A stretch of 64,000 nt of DNA from Fidelibacterota bacterium (GCA_014381725.1 JACNLC010000061.1:2-64001); one strand, 5' to 3'; shown: positions 54,110 through 62,646, counted from the stretch's first letter. Notes: generated by a model from the sequence alone, not told the origin. Numbers and translations: made by a program.

Positions 54110-54577
54110 TTGTTAGGAAATGCACTCAGGGGAGTTTTGGCAGAATTTATTGTTGCTTCAGCAATAGATGTTTTGGAAAAACCAAGAGAAGAATGGGATG
54201 CTTACGATTTAGTAACAAAACAAGGGCTAAAAGTTGAAATAAAATCATCTTCATATTTACAAAGTTGGAGACAAGACAGGCTTTCAAATATCATATTTGG
54301 AATTCAACCAACGCTAGTTTGGGAGGATATGAATAAGCGGAGTCAACAACCACAGCGACAAGCTGATATTTATGTGTTTTGTGTGCTTTCACACAAAGAT
54401 AAAGACACAGTTAATCCACTAAACTTAGACCAATGGGATTTTTATATTTTAGACACAGAAGTTTTAAATAGAAAAATACCGAAACAAAAAACCATAACTT
54501 TATCCAGTTTGCTAAAATTAGAACCAGTAAAAGTAAAATATGATGCTTTAAAAAATGAAATTAGTAAAAGCAGATAA
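54110..54577 (+). CDS. Cassette-encoded PD-(D/E)xK nuclease-like protein; the reading frame probably begins upstream near 53999
   Basis: D..E-x-K arrangement (EWDAYDLV...LKVEIKSS). The frame is open from 53969 and the upstream segment (FTFNGKSLPESTLSFWQWSSSEL) looks coding. AGGAG lies 7 nt before ATT 53999. Confidence 0.6.
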   Translation: MLGNALRGVLAEFIVASAIDVLEKPREEWDAYDLVTKQGLKVEIKSSSYLQSWRQDRLSNIIFGIQPTLVWEDMNKRSQQPQRQADIYVFCVLSHKDKDTVNPLNLDQWDFYILDTEVLNRKIPKQKTITLSSLLKLEPVKVKYDALKNEISKSR

Positions 54578-54628
54578 CAAATCATTCCAGCCGACCGCTA
54601 ACGCGGCAGCTGAATTCATTCGTTAGCC
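54572..54628 (+). repeat. attC recombination site, short form (57 bp)
   Basis: AGATAAC-aaatcattc-CAGCCGACCGC-taac-GCGGCAGCTG-aattcattc-GTTAGCC. The R'' box overlaps the cassette stop codon. Confidence 0.55.
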
Positions 54629-54786
54629 CCACAGCAACTGGAGCAAAAAAACATAAAGTGATGTAGAACTGTCAAACAGCATCTTTGAATATGAACTCTT
54701 AGAGATAGAAAAACGAAAACAAAAAGTGATTAATCAATAAAAATATCTCTTGTTAAAAGATAACCAAATTCCGTAATATACGCTAT

Positions 54787-54801
54787 TGTTAATCATTCTC
54801 A
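54787..54801. promoter_or_regulatory. Fur box
   Basis: TGTTAATCATTCTCA matches the 7-1-7 Fur consensus TGATAATnATTATCA at 13 of 15 positions. It lies about 130 nt upstream of fur. Confidence 0.6.
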
Positions 54802-54932
54802 ATAACAGGCATTATTTATTCTATAGATGAGAGAATTGACCTTGATTTTGGAGTCAGGGTTGATATTTTTCAATCGGAATTCAATTATCATTTACTGCCT
54901 GGAATTACATTAGTATTCTAATTGGAGGGAAA

Positions 54933-55376
54933 ATGAATACAGAACCTTATTTGGAAGATTTTAAACGAATTCTAAAAAAAGAGAACTTGAGATATACTTC
55001 TCAGCGAGTTGAAATATTAAAAGAAATTGCAAGTAGTAATCATCATTTAGAATGCGAAGATATTTATTTTTCATTACGAGAAAAGGGAGTGGATGCTTCA
55101 TTGGCAACAATTTATAGAACAATGGATTTACTAGTTAAGCATCAGTTTGTGCGAAAATTGAATATAGGTGAAGGTCGTGCTCGTTACGAAAATAAAATTG
55201 ACGGTGAACATCACGATCATTTGATTTGTACGGAATGTGGAAATATTATTGAATTTGTTGAAAATGATATTGAAGTTCTGCAAGAAGAAATCGGCAAGAA
55301 ATACGGATTTAAACTAACCAAACACATACACCAACTTTATGGAATTTGTGAGGATTGTCAAAATGAAACTGACTGA
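54933..55376 (+). CDS. fur: Fur family transcriptional regulator
   Basis: Winged-helix region (ATIYRTMDLLVK), the metal site HHDHLICTECG, and a C-terminal CEDC. Confidence 0.9.
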   Translation: MNTEPYLEDFKRILKKENLRYTSQRVEILKEIASSNHHLECEDIYFSLREKGVDASLATIYRTMDLLVKHQFVRKLNIGEGRARYENKIDGEHHDHLICTECGNIIEFVENDIEVLQEEIGKKYGFKLTKHIHQLYGICEDCQNETD

Positions 55377-55593
55377 ACTACGAAAAGGTGATAAAGCACT
55401 CATTGTAAAACTCGGCGGAGATAATAGACTTCGTACCCGGCTTTTAGAACTGGGAATGCAAAAAGGTGCTGAAATTGAAGTAGTTAAATATGCTCCCCTA
55501 AAAGATCCATTAGAACTAATATTGCGTGGTTATCATTTGTCGTTACGCATAAAGGATGCGGATAATATAGAGGTAGAAATTGATGAAAAATAG
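55363..55593 (+). CDS. feoA: Ferrous iron transport protein A
   Basis: LTELRKGDKALIVKL..RLLELGMQKGAEIEV SH3-like FeoA pattern. The ATG at 55363 is preferred over 55339. Confidence 0.88.
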   Translation: MKLTELRKGDKALIVKLGGDNRLRTRLLELGMQKGAEIEVVKYAPLKDPLELILRGYHLSLRIKDADNIEVEIDEK

Positions 55594-57712
55594 TGGATTA
55601 AACATCGCAATTGCAGGGAATCCAAATAGTGGAAAAACTACTATTTTCAATGCGATTACAGGTGCTCGACAAAGGGTTGGAAATTGGCCGGGCGTAACTG
55701 TAGAACGAAAAACTGGTTATATCAATAGAGGTGAAAATAGGTGGAATTTTATTGATTTACCGGGAACATATTCTCTCTCTGCATTTTCTCAGGAAGAAAT
55801 TATTGCTAGAAATTACATTACAGATGAACAACCTGATGTTGTTGTCAATATCGTTGATGCTTCAAATATCGAGAGAAATCTATATTTAACTACACAACTG
55901 ATTGAACTTGGTTGTCCATTGGTAATTGTTTTGAATATGATGGATATCGCAAAAGAGAAAGGTGTGGAAATTGATATTGAGACATTATCAACTCTTTTGG
56001 GAGCTCCAATCGTTCCAGTAGTTGGTTCAACTGGTGAAGGGGTAGAACACATTCTCGATAAAATTGATAGAGTGGTTACTCACGAATCACAAAAAAGTCG
56101 AAAACTCCAGATCAATTATCATAGAGATATTGAAGCTAAAATTGAAGAAATTATAAGAGAAATTGATGAAGTTGATGTTTCTAACAATCATAGATGGACG
56201 GCCATAAAATTGTTGGAAAATGATAGTGAAATCCTTAAGCGAGTAAATATCGGAGAACAGATACAAAATAAAGTCAAATCTTTGAGACAGAATATTGAAA
56301 ATTTGTTCAAAGATAATACTCAAGCTATATTTTCCAATGCACGGTATGGATTTATTCAAGGAGCTGTTAAAGAATGTGTGACAATTCATAAAATTGATCG
56401 TGTAGATGTTTCAAAAAAAATAGATTCCGTTTTAACAAATAAATATCTTGGGTTACCAATTTTTGCCTTATTGATGTGGTTGACATTTAAATTTACTTTC
56501 GATGTAGGCCAATATCCAATGGCTTGGATTGATGGATTGGTTTCAGCTTTGGGTGCTTTTTTGAGTTACATTCTACCTAACGGAACTTTATTGCAAAGTC
56601 TTGTTGTAGATGGAATTGTCGCTGGAGTTGGTGGAATTGCGATATTTCTACCAAATATATTCATTTTGTTTTTTGTGATAGCAATACTCGAAGATTCTGG
56701 TTATATGGCTCGTGTTGCGTTTATTATGGACAGAGTAATGCACACAATTGGACTTCACGGAAAAGCATTTATTCCGATGATGATGGGATTTGGCTGTAAT
56801 GTCCCTGCGATTATGGGAACGAGAATTTTGGAAACTAAAAGAGACCGAATTTTGACAATTCTACTGAATCCATTTATGAGTTGTTCAGCACGATTGCCAG
56901 TTTACATTCTAATTGCTGGTGCTTTTTTCCCAAATAATGCCGGAACTGTAATTTTTGGAATGTATATACTTGGAATTGTTTTGGCAATTTTGAGCGGTAA
57001 ACTATTCAGCTATACTGTTTTGAAGGGAATTTCAACTCCATTTGTGCTAGAATTACCTCCATATTTAGTTCCAAAGTGGAGTAGTATTTTTCTACATACT
57101 TGGGAAAGAGGATTCATTTTTATAAGGAAAATGGGTGGTGTGATTCTTATCGGTTCCATAATCATCTGGGCATTGGGGGCTTTCCCGCAAGAAGTAACAC
57201 TTTCAAAAGATTATGATAAAGAGATATCTGTAATTCAAGAACAGATTAATATCAGTTCCAATGATGATTTATCTTCAAAAATTCAAGAGTTAAAATTCAA
57301 ACGAGATGCCGAAACGATTGAACAGAAATGGATTGGCAAAATTGGAAATACAATCGAACCAGTTATTCGTCCGCTTGGATTTACTTGGCGAGAAGGAGTC
57401 GCATTATTAACAGGATTTATAGCAAAGGAAGTGGTAGTTTCTACTTACGGAGTTTTATTTGGTGTTGGAAACGAAGCCGATGAAACCAATTTAGGAATAA
57501 GAGAGTCTTTGCTCCGCTCAGGTATGACTCCGTTAATTGCGTTTGGATTTTTAATATTCACTCTGATTTACACACCGTGTCTCGCAACTATTGTTGCAAT
57601 TAAAAGAGAAACACAATCGTGGAAATGGGCAAGTTTCTCTGTGATATACTCATTAGCTCTTGCGTGGATTTTAGCATTCTTGATTTATCAGATTGGTAGT
57701 GCAATTGTTTAA
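55583..57712 (+). CDS. feoB: Ferrous iron transporter B
   Basis: N-terminal G-domain (GNPNSGKTT, DLPGTYS, NMMD) and a polytopic permease domain. Confidence 0.95.
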   Translation: MKNSGLNIAIAGNPNSGKTTIFNAITGARQRVGNWPGVTVERKTGYINRGENRWNFIDLPGTYSLSAFSQEEIIARNYITDEQPDVVVNIVDASNIERNLYLTTQLIELGCPLVIVLNMMDIAKEKGVEIDIETLSTLLGAPIVPVVGSTGEGVEHILDKIDRVVTHESQKSRKLQINYHRDIEAKIEEIIREIDEVDVSNNHRWTAIKLLENDSEILKRVNIGEQIQNKVKSLRQNIENLFKDNTQAIFSNARYGFIQGAVKECVTIHKIDRVDVSKKIDSVLTNKYLGLPIFALLMWLTFKFTFDVGQYPMAWIDGLVSALGAFLSYILPNGTLLQSLVVDGIVAGVGGIAIFLPNIFILFFVIAILEDSGYMARVAFIMDRVMHTIGLHGKAFIPMMMGFGCNVPAIMGTRILETKRDRILTILLNPFMSCSARLPVYILIAGAFFPNNAGTVIFGMYILGIVLAILSGKLFSYTVLKGISTPFVLELPPYLVPKWSSIFLHTWERGFIFIRKMGGVILIGSIIIWALGAFPQEVTLSKDYDKEISVIQEQINISSNDDLSSKIQELKFKRDAETIEQKWIGKIGNTIEPVIRPLGFTWREGVALLTGFIAKEVVVSTYGVLFGVGNEADETNLGIRESLLRSGMTPLIAFGFLIFTLIYTPCLATIVAIKRETQSWKWASFSVIYSLALAWILAFLIYQIGSAIV

Positions 57713-57851
57713 TTCTTGGACAGATATCTTAGTTACAATTATTCTTATTGGAGCAATTATTTTTTCAGTAAAGTATATTTGGAAATTAGTTTATAAATCT
57801 AATAAATGCGAAAATTGTGAGATAAAGTCAAAGTGTAATGATAGTCATTAA
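57699..57851 (+). CDS. Small FeoB-associated Cys-rich membrane protein (not in the ORF track, under 60 aa)
   Basis: The frame is open from 57684. It encodes one TM helix (ILVTIILIGAIIFSVKYIW) followed by KCENCEIKSKC. The start is uncertain (TTG 57693, GTG 57699 or TTG 57705), and it overlaps the feoB 3' end. Confidence 0.5.
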   Translation: MQLFNSWTDILVTIILIGAIIFSVKYIWKLVYKSNKCENCEIKSKCNDSH

Positions 57852-57853
57852 GT

Positions 57854-58161
57854 GGTTCTTCACAATAAACGATACCACTTCCATCGACTTTCATGTCTAA
57901 TGTGTTCATAAAGAGATAACTGGATTAATCTCAATTATTAGTTTAGTTACTTGTTCTTTTTCTGTCAAGAGAAAAAGAACCAAAAAGGTCAAGGCGACAC
58001 TCAATTTATAAAACAACTATTTTCATTCCTAAAAGAAATAAACTTGTCCGTCAGTGACGGACTTCAGACAGCATTTCTTTTTAAACGAAATTCAACTATT
58101 GTTTTTATACGCAAATTGAGTAAGGCCAAATTCAATAAAGTACTCAAATCTGTGAAGAAAC
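57854..58161. repeat. MITE-like repeat, copy B (308 bp)
   Basis: Terminal inverted repeats GGTTCTTCACA / TGTGAAGAAAC. ATTAAGT flanks both sides (57847-57853 and 58165-58171). Confidence 0.7.
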
Positions 58162-58267
58162 AATATTAAGTAAGTGCAGAATATTAGAAAATACCCTAAT
58201 TATTGAGTTGTACTTTATCTAAATAATCCTTCAATGTTTTAATACAAAAGTTGTATTTTCGACCGTT

Positions 58268-59218
58268 ATGAAACTAACACAAATTAGAGATTTTGAGGTA
58301 GGCAAGTCCATTCAGGGATTTTACCTTTGCAAACAAAAGCACATCCGTCGCACACGAAACGGTGACATTTTCATAGATTTAACTTTACAGGATTCTACAG
58401 GCACAATTTCAGCTAAAATGTGGGATATGGTGGATAAATTTCAAAATCGCTTTGAACAATCTGATCCCGTTGCTGTCAAAGGAAAAGTTGATGAATTTAA
58501 TAACGAAATTCAGTTAACAATTACTCAAATCAATTTCGCCGACGATGAAAGATACAAAAAGTATGGTTTTAATCCAGATGATTTGGTTAGAACAATAAAT
58601 GAACCAATCGATGATTTATTTAAAGAATTAGATCGTTTAATTTCTGATATAAAACCAAAGAAACTCTCAGAATTACTTAATAATATCTTCAAAAAATATA
58701 ATGAAAAAGTAATAGTTTTACACGGCTCAGAAGATTTCCATCATCCGGAACGAGGAGGATTTCTAAAGCATTTGGTTTCGACTGCAATTCTTGCAGAAAA
58801 AGTAGCAGATTCTTATTCTGATATTGACAAGGATTTGCTCGTTGCCGGTTGCCTCCTTCACGATATTGGTAGAGTGAAAGAGTACGATCTCGGTTTAGAA
58901 CCCACAAAAAACGAAACTGGTCATCTCATTGATCATACTATTTTAGGAAGAGAAATTCTTCTAGAAGAAATATCAAAAATCAAGAATTTCCCTAAAGAAT
59001 TAAGATTAAAGTTGGAACATATAATTGTTTCTCACCAAGGTAATCGTTATCAAATGAACAATTCTCAATTCAAATTTCCTGAAGCGTTGGTTGTCCATTA
59101 CCTAGATAAAATTGATGGGCAACTAGATATGATGCTTCGGATTATTGAAGAAGATAGTAATCCTGGAGATTGGACAGATGCAAAAAATTATTTTCGCACT
59201 GAGTTGTGGAAAATATAG
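58268..59218 (+). CDS. OB-fold plus HD-domain 3'-5' exoribonuclease, YhaM-like
   Basis: N-terminal OB fold (FIDLTLQDSTGTISAKMWD) and an HD domain (HHPERGGFLKHL, LLHDIGRV, SHQG, HYLDKID). Confidence 0.8.
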   Translation: MKLTQIRDFEVGKSIQGFYLCKQKHIRRTRNGDIFIDLTLQDSTGTISAKMWDMVDKFQNRFEQSDPVAVKGKVDEFNNEIQLTITQINFADDERYKKYGFNPDDLVRTINEPIDDLFKELDRLISDIKPKKLSELLNNIFKKYNEKVIVLHGSEDFHHPERGGFLKHLVSTAILAEKVADSYSDIDKDLLVAGCLLHDIGRVKEYDLGLEPTKNETGHLIDHTILGREILLEEISKIKNFPKELRLKLEHIIVSHQGNRYQMNNSQFKFPEALVVHYLDKIDGQLDMMLRIIEEDSNPGDWTDAKNYFRTELWKI

Positions 59219-59252
59219 AGAAAATCGCTTTAAATTTAGTAGCTAGATTTAT

Positions 59253-59792
59253 ATGAAAGGATTATCGATGCAACCAAGAAGAATGACAATTATTGCAATT
59301 ATATTATTAACTGTTTTATCAAGATTTATTCCACATCCGCCTAATTTTACACCAGTAATTGCTATTGGATTATTTGGTGGTGCTTACTTCAATAGAAAGA
59401 TATTAGCAATTGCCGTTCCGATGGTTGCGATGTTTGTTTCCGATTACTTTTTGGGATTTCATACATCAATGATTTTTGTATATTTGTCGTTAACCATAAT
59501 TGTTGGATTCGGAATATTGTTGCAGAGTAAATTGAAAATTGGAACTGTAATTGGTGCATCAATTGGAAGTGCAATCCTATTTTATCTTATCACTAATTTT
59601 GGTGTTTGGGCAATTGGAGCGTGGTATCCTAAAACTATCGATGGTTTGATTGCTTGTTACATTGCAGGAATTCCATTTTTGAAAAATACTTCAGTCAGTA
59701 GTTTGCTTTACACAGGAGTAATATTTGGAGCTTTTGAATTATTAAAAAGAACGGTTCCTGCACTTCAACCGATAACAATCAAAAATAAGTGA
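59253..59792 (+). CDS. Integral membrane protein of unknown function (about 5 TM helices)
   Basis: Strongly hydrophobic throughout. The N-terminal RFIPHPPNFTPV motif is reminiscent of uncharacterised transporter-like families. Confidence 0.6.
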   Translation: MKGLSMQPRRMTIIAIILLTVLSRFIPHPPNFTPVIAIGLFGGAYFNRKILAIAVPMVAMFVSDYFLGFHTSMIFVYLSLTIIVGFGILLQSKLKIGTVIGASIGSAILFYLITNFGVWAIGAWYPKTIDGLIACYIAGIPFLKNTSVSSLLYTGVIFGAFELLKRTVPALQPITIKNK

Positions 59793-61342
59793 TTTATAGA
59801 AAATCAAATTACCAAAAACACGGTTGGGATGTTATTCTCCTCCGTGTTTTTTTATTTCTGATATCTCTCTCTGTAGTAGTTTCAGAAAATGGGATTCCAA
59901 TTTCACTAGATTTAGTCGGACAATCTGAGTTCTATCTATCAGAAAAAAATCCTTTTATTTTGGCAGATAATTCAATAGGCGCTATCAAATTTGATGGCTC
60001 ACTTGGTTATCCATTTGGAAGTTATAGAATTATCTCTTTTCCAGAACATAATTTACCTGATTCGATAAATACTATTTCTTTTTTAAATTGGAAACAAGGA
60101 GATTACGATTATCGTGAGATAGATATTGGTGCTAAATCTGGTTCGTTAATTGATGGTCAACTTTCCTTTAATGGATTTGGAAGATCTTTCCCTGGAATGT
60201 ATGGTAATTTGGGAGATGGAAATGTGCTACAGAACTATTTCTTGAATTATAAAAAAATAACAGATAATTCTATTATGGAAATAGGTTCATTCTACCATTT
60301 AGAAAATACTGGATTACCCTTATCTGCTGATGTTATTGATAGGTATTCTGAATCATTCCAAAATGGTATTCTATATGAACAAAATTCGGATTCTTATCAA
60401 TTTAAAATTACATCTTCATTTCAGTCGGGAATAATGAACTTAGGCGAAGAATCTTATGAGCATTTTACATTTTGGAATTTTACTTCAATAAATTACAATC
60501 TTAGTAACAATTTTAATTTATTTTGGGAGTTTAACTCGAAAAACTCTTCGATTGAAAATGACAGTACTAAAGATTATTCATTTAGAATTTTACAATTTGG
60601 TGGAAAATGGAATAGGAGTTCTTATTTTTTAACAATGAAGCTAGGAATAGATGAAGCAAATAATTTAGTCCCATTGCTAAATTTAGGATATTTAGGCAAA
60701 TATATCAATTTCAAGTTATCAAGAGAGTTAGAAGGATATACCGAAATAGATGATACAACTTCTAGAAATAATTATATAAGAAATTCTATCTCAATGAAAT
60801 TGAATTATCATAAATTTTCATTTGACTCAGATTTTTCATATTTAGTGTGGAATAATCAGTTAATTCCGATGGTTTCTTCCAACTTAAGTTATTTAGAAGA
60901 TAATGTTAAATTTGAATTTAGTGGGTATTTAGTCCAATCTGATGATGTACCTATTGACAAATATTTTAGAACTTCAATATCAGTTTCTCCTCAGTCAGAG
61001 TTTCGCTTATTCAAGTATTTGGAGAAATTACCAATTATTGGATTATTATCAACTGCACCATCAAAAAGATTCAGAACATTTGCTGAGATTGATGGTTCGT
61101 ATTATCATTATCAAGGTAATAATATATTGGATTTTACTTCATTCCATGGAATTACAAACCAAGAAAATTCAACAGCAGGATTTGCAAGTCAACTTAATAT
61201 TGCATTTGGGTTTCAGACATCTAAATTTAAATTTTCTTATAAAATCCAGAATATTTTAAATTCACAAAATGTAATGTTTGATACAATGCAACCTTTGACT
61301 ATGTTTTCATTTTTAGAGGTTGAATGGTTGTTTGAGAATTGA
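59789..61342 (+). CDS. Hypothetical secreted or outer-membrane protein
   Basis: N-terminal hydrophobic segment, then an Asn/Ser/Tyr/Phe-rich region with beta-strand-like periodicity. GTG start overlaps the upstream stop. Confidence 0.5.
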   Translation: MIYRKSNYQKHGWDVILLRVFLFLISLSVVVSENGIPISLDLVGQSEFYLSEKNPFILADNSIGAIKFDGSLGYPFGSYRIISFPEHNLPDSINTISFLNWKQGDYDYREIDIGAKSGSLIDGQLSFNGFGRSFPGMYGNLGDGNVLQNYFLNYKKITDNSIMEIGSFYHLENTGLPLSADVIDRYSESFQNGILYEQNSDSYQFKITSSFQSGIMNLGEESYEHFTFWNFTSINYNLSNNFNLFWEFNSKNSSIENDSTKDYSFRILQFGGKWNRSSYFLTMKLGIDEANNLVPLLNLGYLGKYINFKLSRELEGYTEIDDTTSRNNYIRNSISMKLNYHKFSFDSDFSYLVWNNQLIPMVSSNLSYLEDNVKFEFSGYLVQSDDVPIDKYFRTSISVSPQSEFRLFKYLEKLPIIGLLSTAPSKRFRTFAEIDGSYYHYQGNNILDFTSFHGITNQENSTAGFASQLNIAFGFQTSKFKFSYKIQNILNSQNVMFDTMQPLTMFSFLEVEWLFEN

Positions 61343-61360
61343 TAAAGAGAAAAGGTAAAT

Positions 61361-61660
61361 ATGGAAAAATTAAGTAGTTCACAAAAACAATATTTAAGAG
61401 GATTAGCACATCATTTATCTCCAATGATTTTTGTAGGTAAAAATGGAGTTACTGACGGAACTATAATTTCAACAATAAAAGCACTTGATGCACATGAATT
61501 GATTAAAGCAAAATTCAACGAGCATAAAGATAAGAAAAAAGAACTGTCAAATTTGATTTCCGATAAAACTAACTCAGAAATTATAGGTAGAATAGGAAAC
61601 ATCGTAATATTGTATAAACAACAGCCCGATCAAGATAAGCGTAATATTAAATTACCTTAA
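61361..61660 (+). CDS. yhbY: YhbY-type CRM-domain RNA-binding protein (ribosome assembly)
   Basis: LSSSQKQYLRGLAHHLSPMIFVGKNGVTDGTI...HELIKAKF. Confidence 0.85.
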   Translation: MEKLSSSQKQYLRGLAHHLSPMIFVGKNGVTDGTIISTIKALDAHELIKAKFNEHKDKKKELSNLISDKTNSEIIGRIGNIVILYKQQPDQDKRNIKLP

Positions 61661-61734
61661 TTTATTCATTGTTTGATTATATATAAATATCGTAAACTAT
61701 TTAAGGGCATATGCCCATAATAAAGTAAATTATC

Positions 61735-62169
61735 ATGCCGAGACCGCATAAAAAGAGAAATGTATGCTTTGAGCTTAAATCATCTTGTTTTAAGCCCAAG
61801 GGTATTCCAATGTCAAATATAGAATCTGTAAATCTTTCGCTTGACGAATTAGAAGTAATGCGTTTGAGTCATTTAGAAGGATTATATCAAGAAGATACTG
61901 CAAGGATTATGGATGTTTCTCGACAAACCGTTGGTAGAATACTAAATTCAGCTTATCTGAAAATTACAGATGCATTTCTGAATGGTAAAGCAATTAATAT
62001 TGAGGGAGGAAATGTTGAGTTTTCATGTAGATTCCATTGCTATGAATGCAATCATGAGTGGAAAACTACTTGTATTCCAAAACGACCATCCAAGTGTCCA
62101 AAATGTGAAAGTCCGACAATTGATAATTTACCTCGTTGCTGTGATAACGAGAAAAAGAGCATCAGTTAG
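61735..62169 (+). CDS. DUF134 (UPF0251) family protein with a C-terminal zinc-ribbon
   Basis: MPRPHKKR...FKPKGIP and LSLDELEVMRL..EGLYQEDTARIMDVSRQTVGRIL (sigma-70 region-4-like HTH), followed by CYEC...CPKC. Confidence 0.8.
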   Translation: MPRPHKKRNVCFELKSSCFKPKGIPMSNIESVNLSLDELEVMRLSHLEGLYQEDTARIMDVSRQTVGRILNSAYLKITDAFLNGKAINIEGGNVEFSCRFHCYECNHEWKTTCIPKRPSKCPKCESPTIDNLPRCCDNEKKSIS

Positions 62170-62221
62170 TATATAAGCGTGATATTTATATTTTCAGTGA
62201 ATAAGGTAGAAAGGGAATAAG

Positions 62222-62542
62222 ATGAAAGAACCTCTAACGATTAAAGAAGTATCCTCCGTAGCAAAAGTTCTTAAGATTTTAGCACATCCTACGCGAATTA
62301 AAATTGTAGAATATCTTGAGAATGAAGAAAAAAATGTAACTTCAATACAAGATATGATTGGCATTGATCAATCTGGTATCAGCCAGCATTTAAAGAAAAT
62401 GTATGTCAATGGAATTTTACGAAAACGAAGAGATGGTGTAAAAATCTACTATAGAGTAAATAATCAAATGATTAAAGGTGTTTTACAATGTATCCGTAAT
62501 TGTAGGCATCATGAAAAATATGGATATACTCTTGATCAATAA
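62222..62542 (+). CDS. ArsR/SmtB family transcriptional regulator
   Basis: LKILAHPTRIKIVEYLENEEKNVTSIQDMIGIDQSGISQHLKKM. Confidence 0.88.
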   Translation: MKEPLTIKEVSSVAKVLKILAHPTRIKIVEYLENEEKNVTSIQDMIGIDQSGISQHLKKMYVNGILRKRRDGVKIYYRVNNQMIKGVLQCIRNCRHHEKYGYTLDQ

Positions 62543-62646
62543 TTTAGAATTAAATAAATTAGTTTGAAAGAGTTAGAAATAAATGTTATACTCTCGCCAG
62601 TTTGTATGTATGTATTTAGCGAAAACGATTTAAAAGAAAGAAAAGT

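Larger units (their letters stand above)
53097..54628 (+). mobile_element. Decayed integron: intI remnant, attI-like region and two gene cassettes
   Basis: An IntI-type C-terminus is followed by direct repeats and a GTTAGAA core, then two ORFs, each followed by an imperfect palindrome bounded by xxTAAC ... GTTRxxx. Confidence 0.6.

Noticed and set aside
54629-54786. Possible third ORF-less cassette after the second attC.
   Set aside because: No further attC-like palindrome or GTTRRRY-bounded structure could be found before the Fur box, so the claim cannot be supported.
57951-58169. 72-aa ORF inside MITE copy B.
   Set aside because: The equivalent frame in copy A hits a stop after 5 codons (ttg ttc ttt tta tct tga). 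The ORF is therefore not conserved between copies and is probably non-coding.
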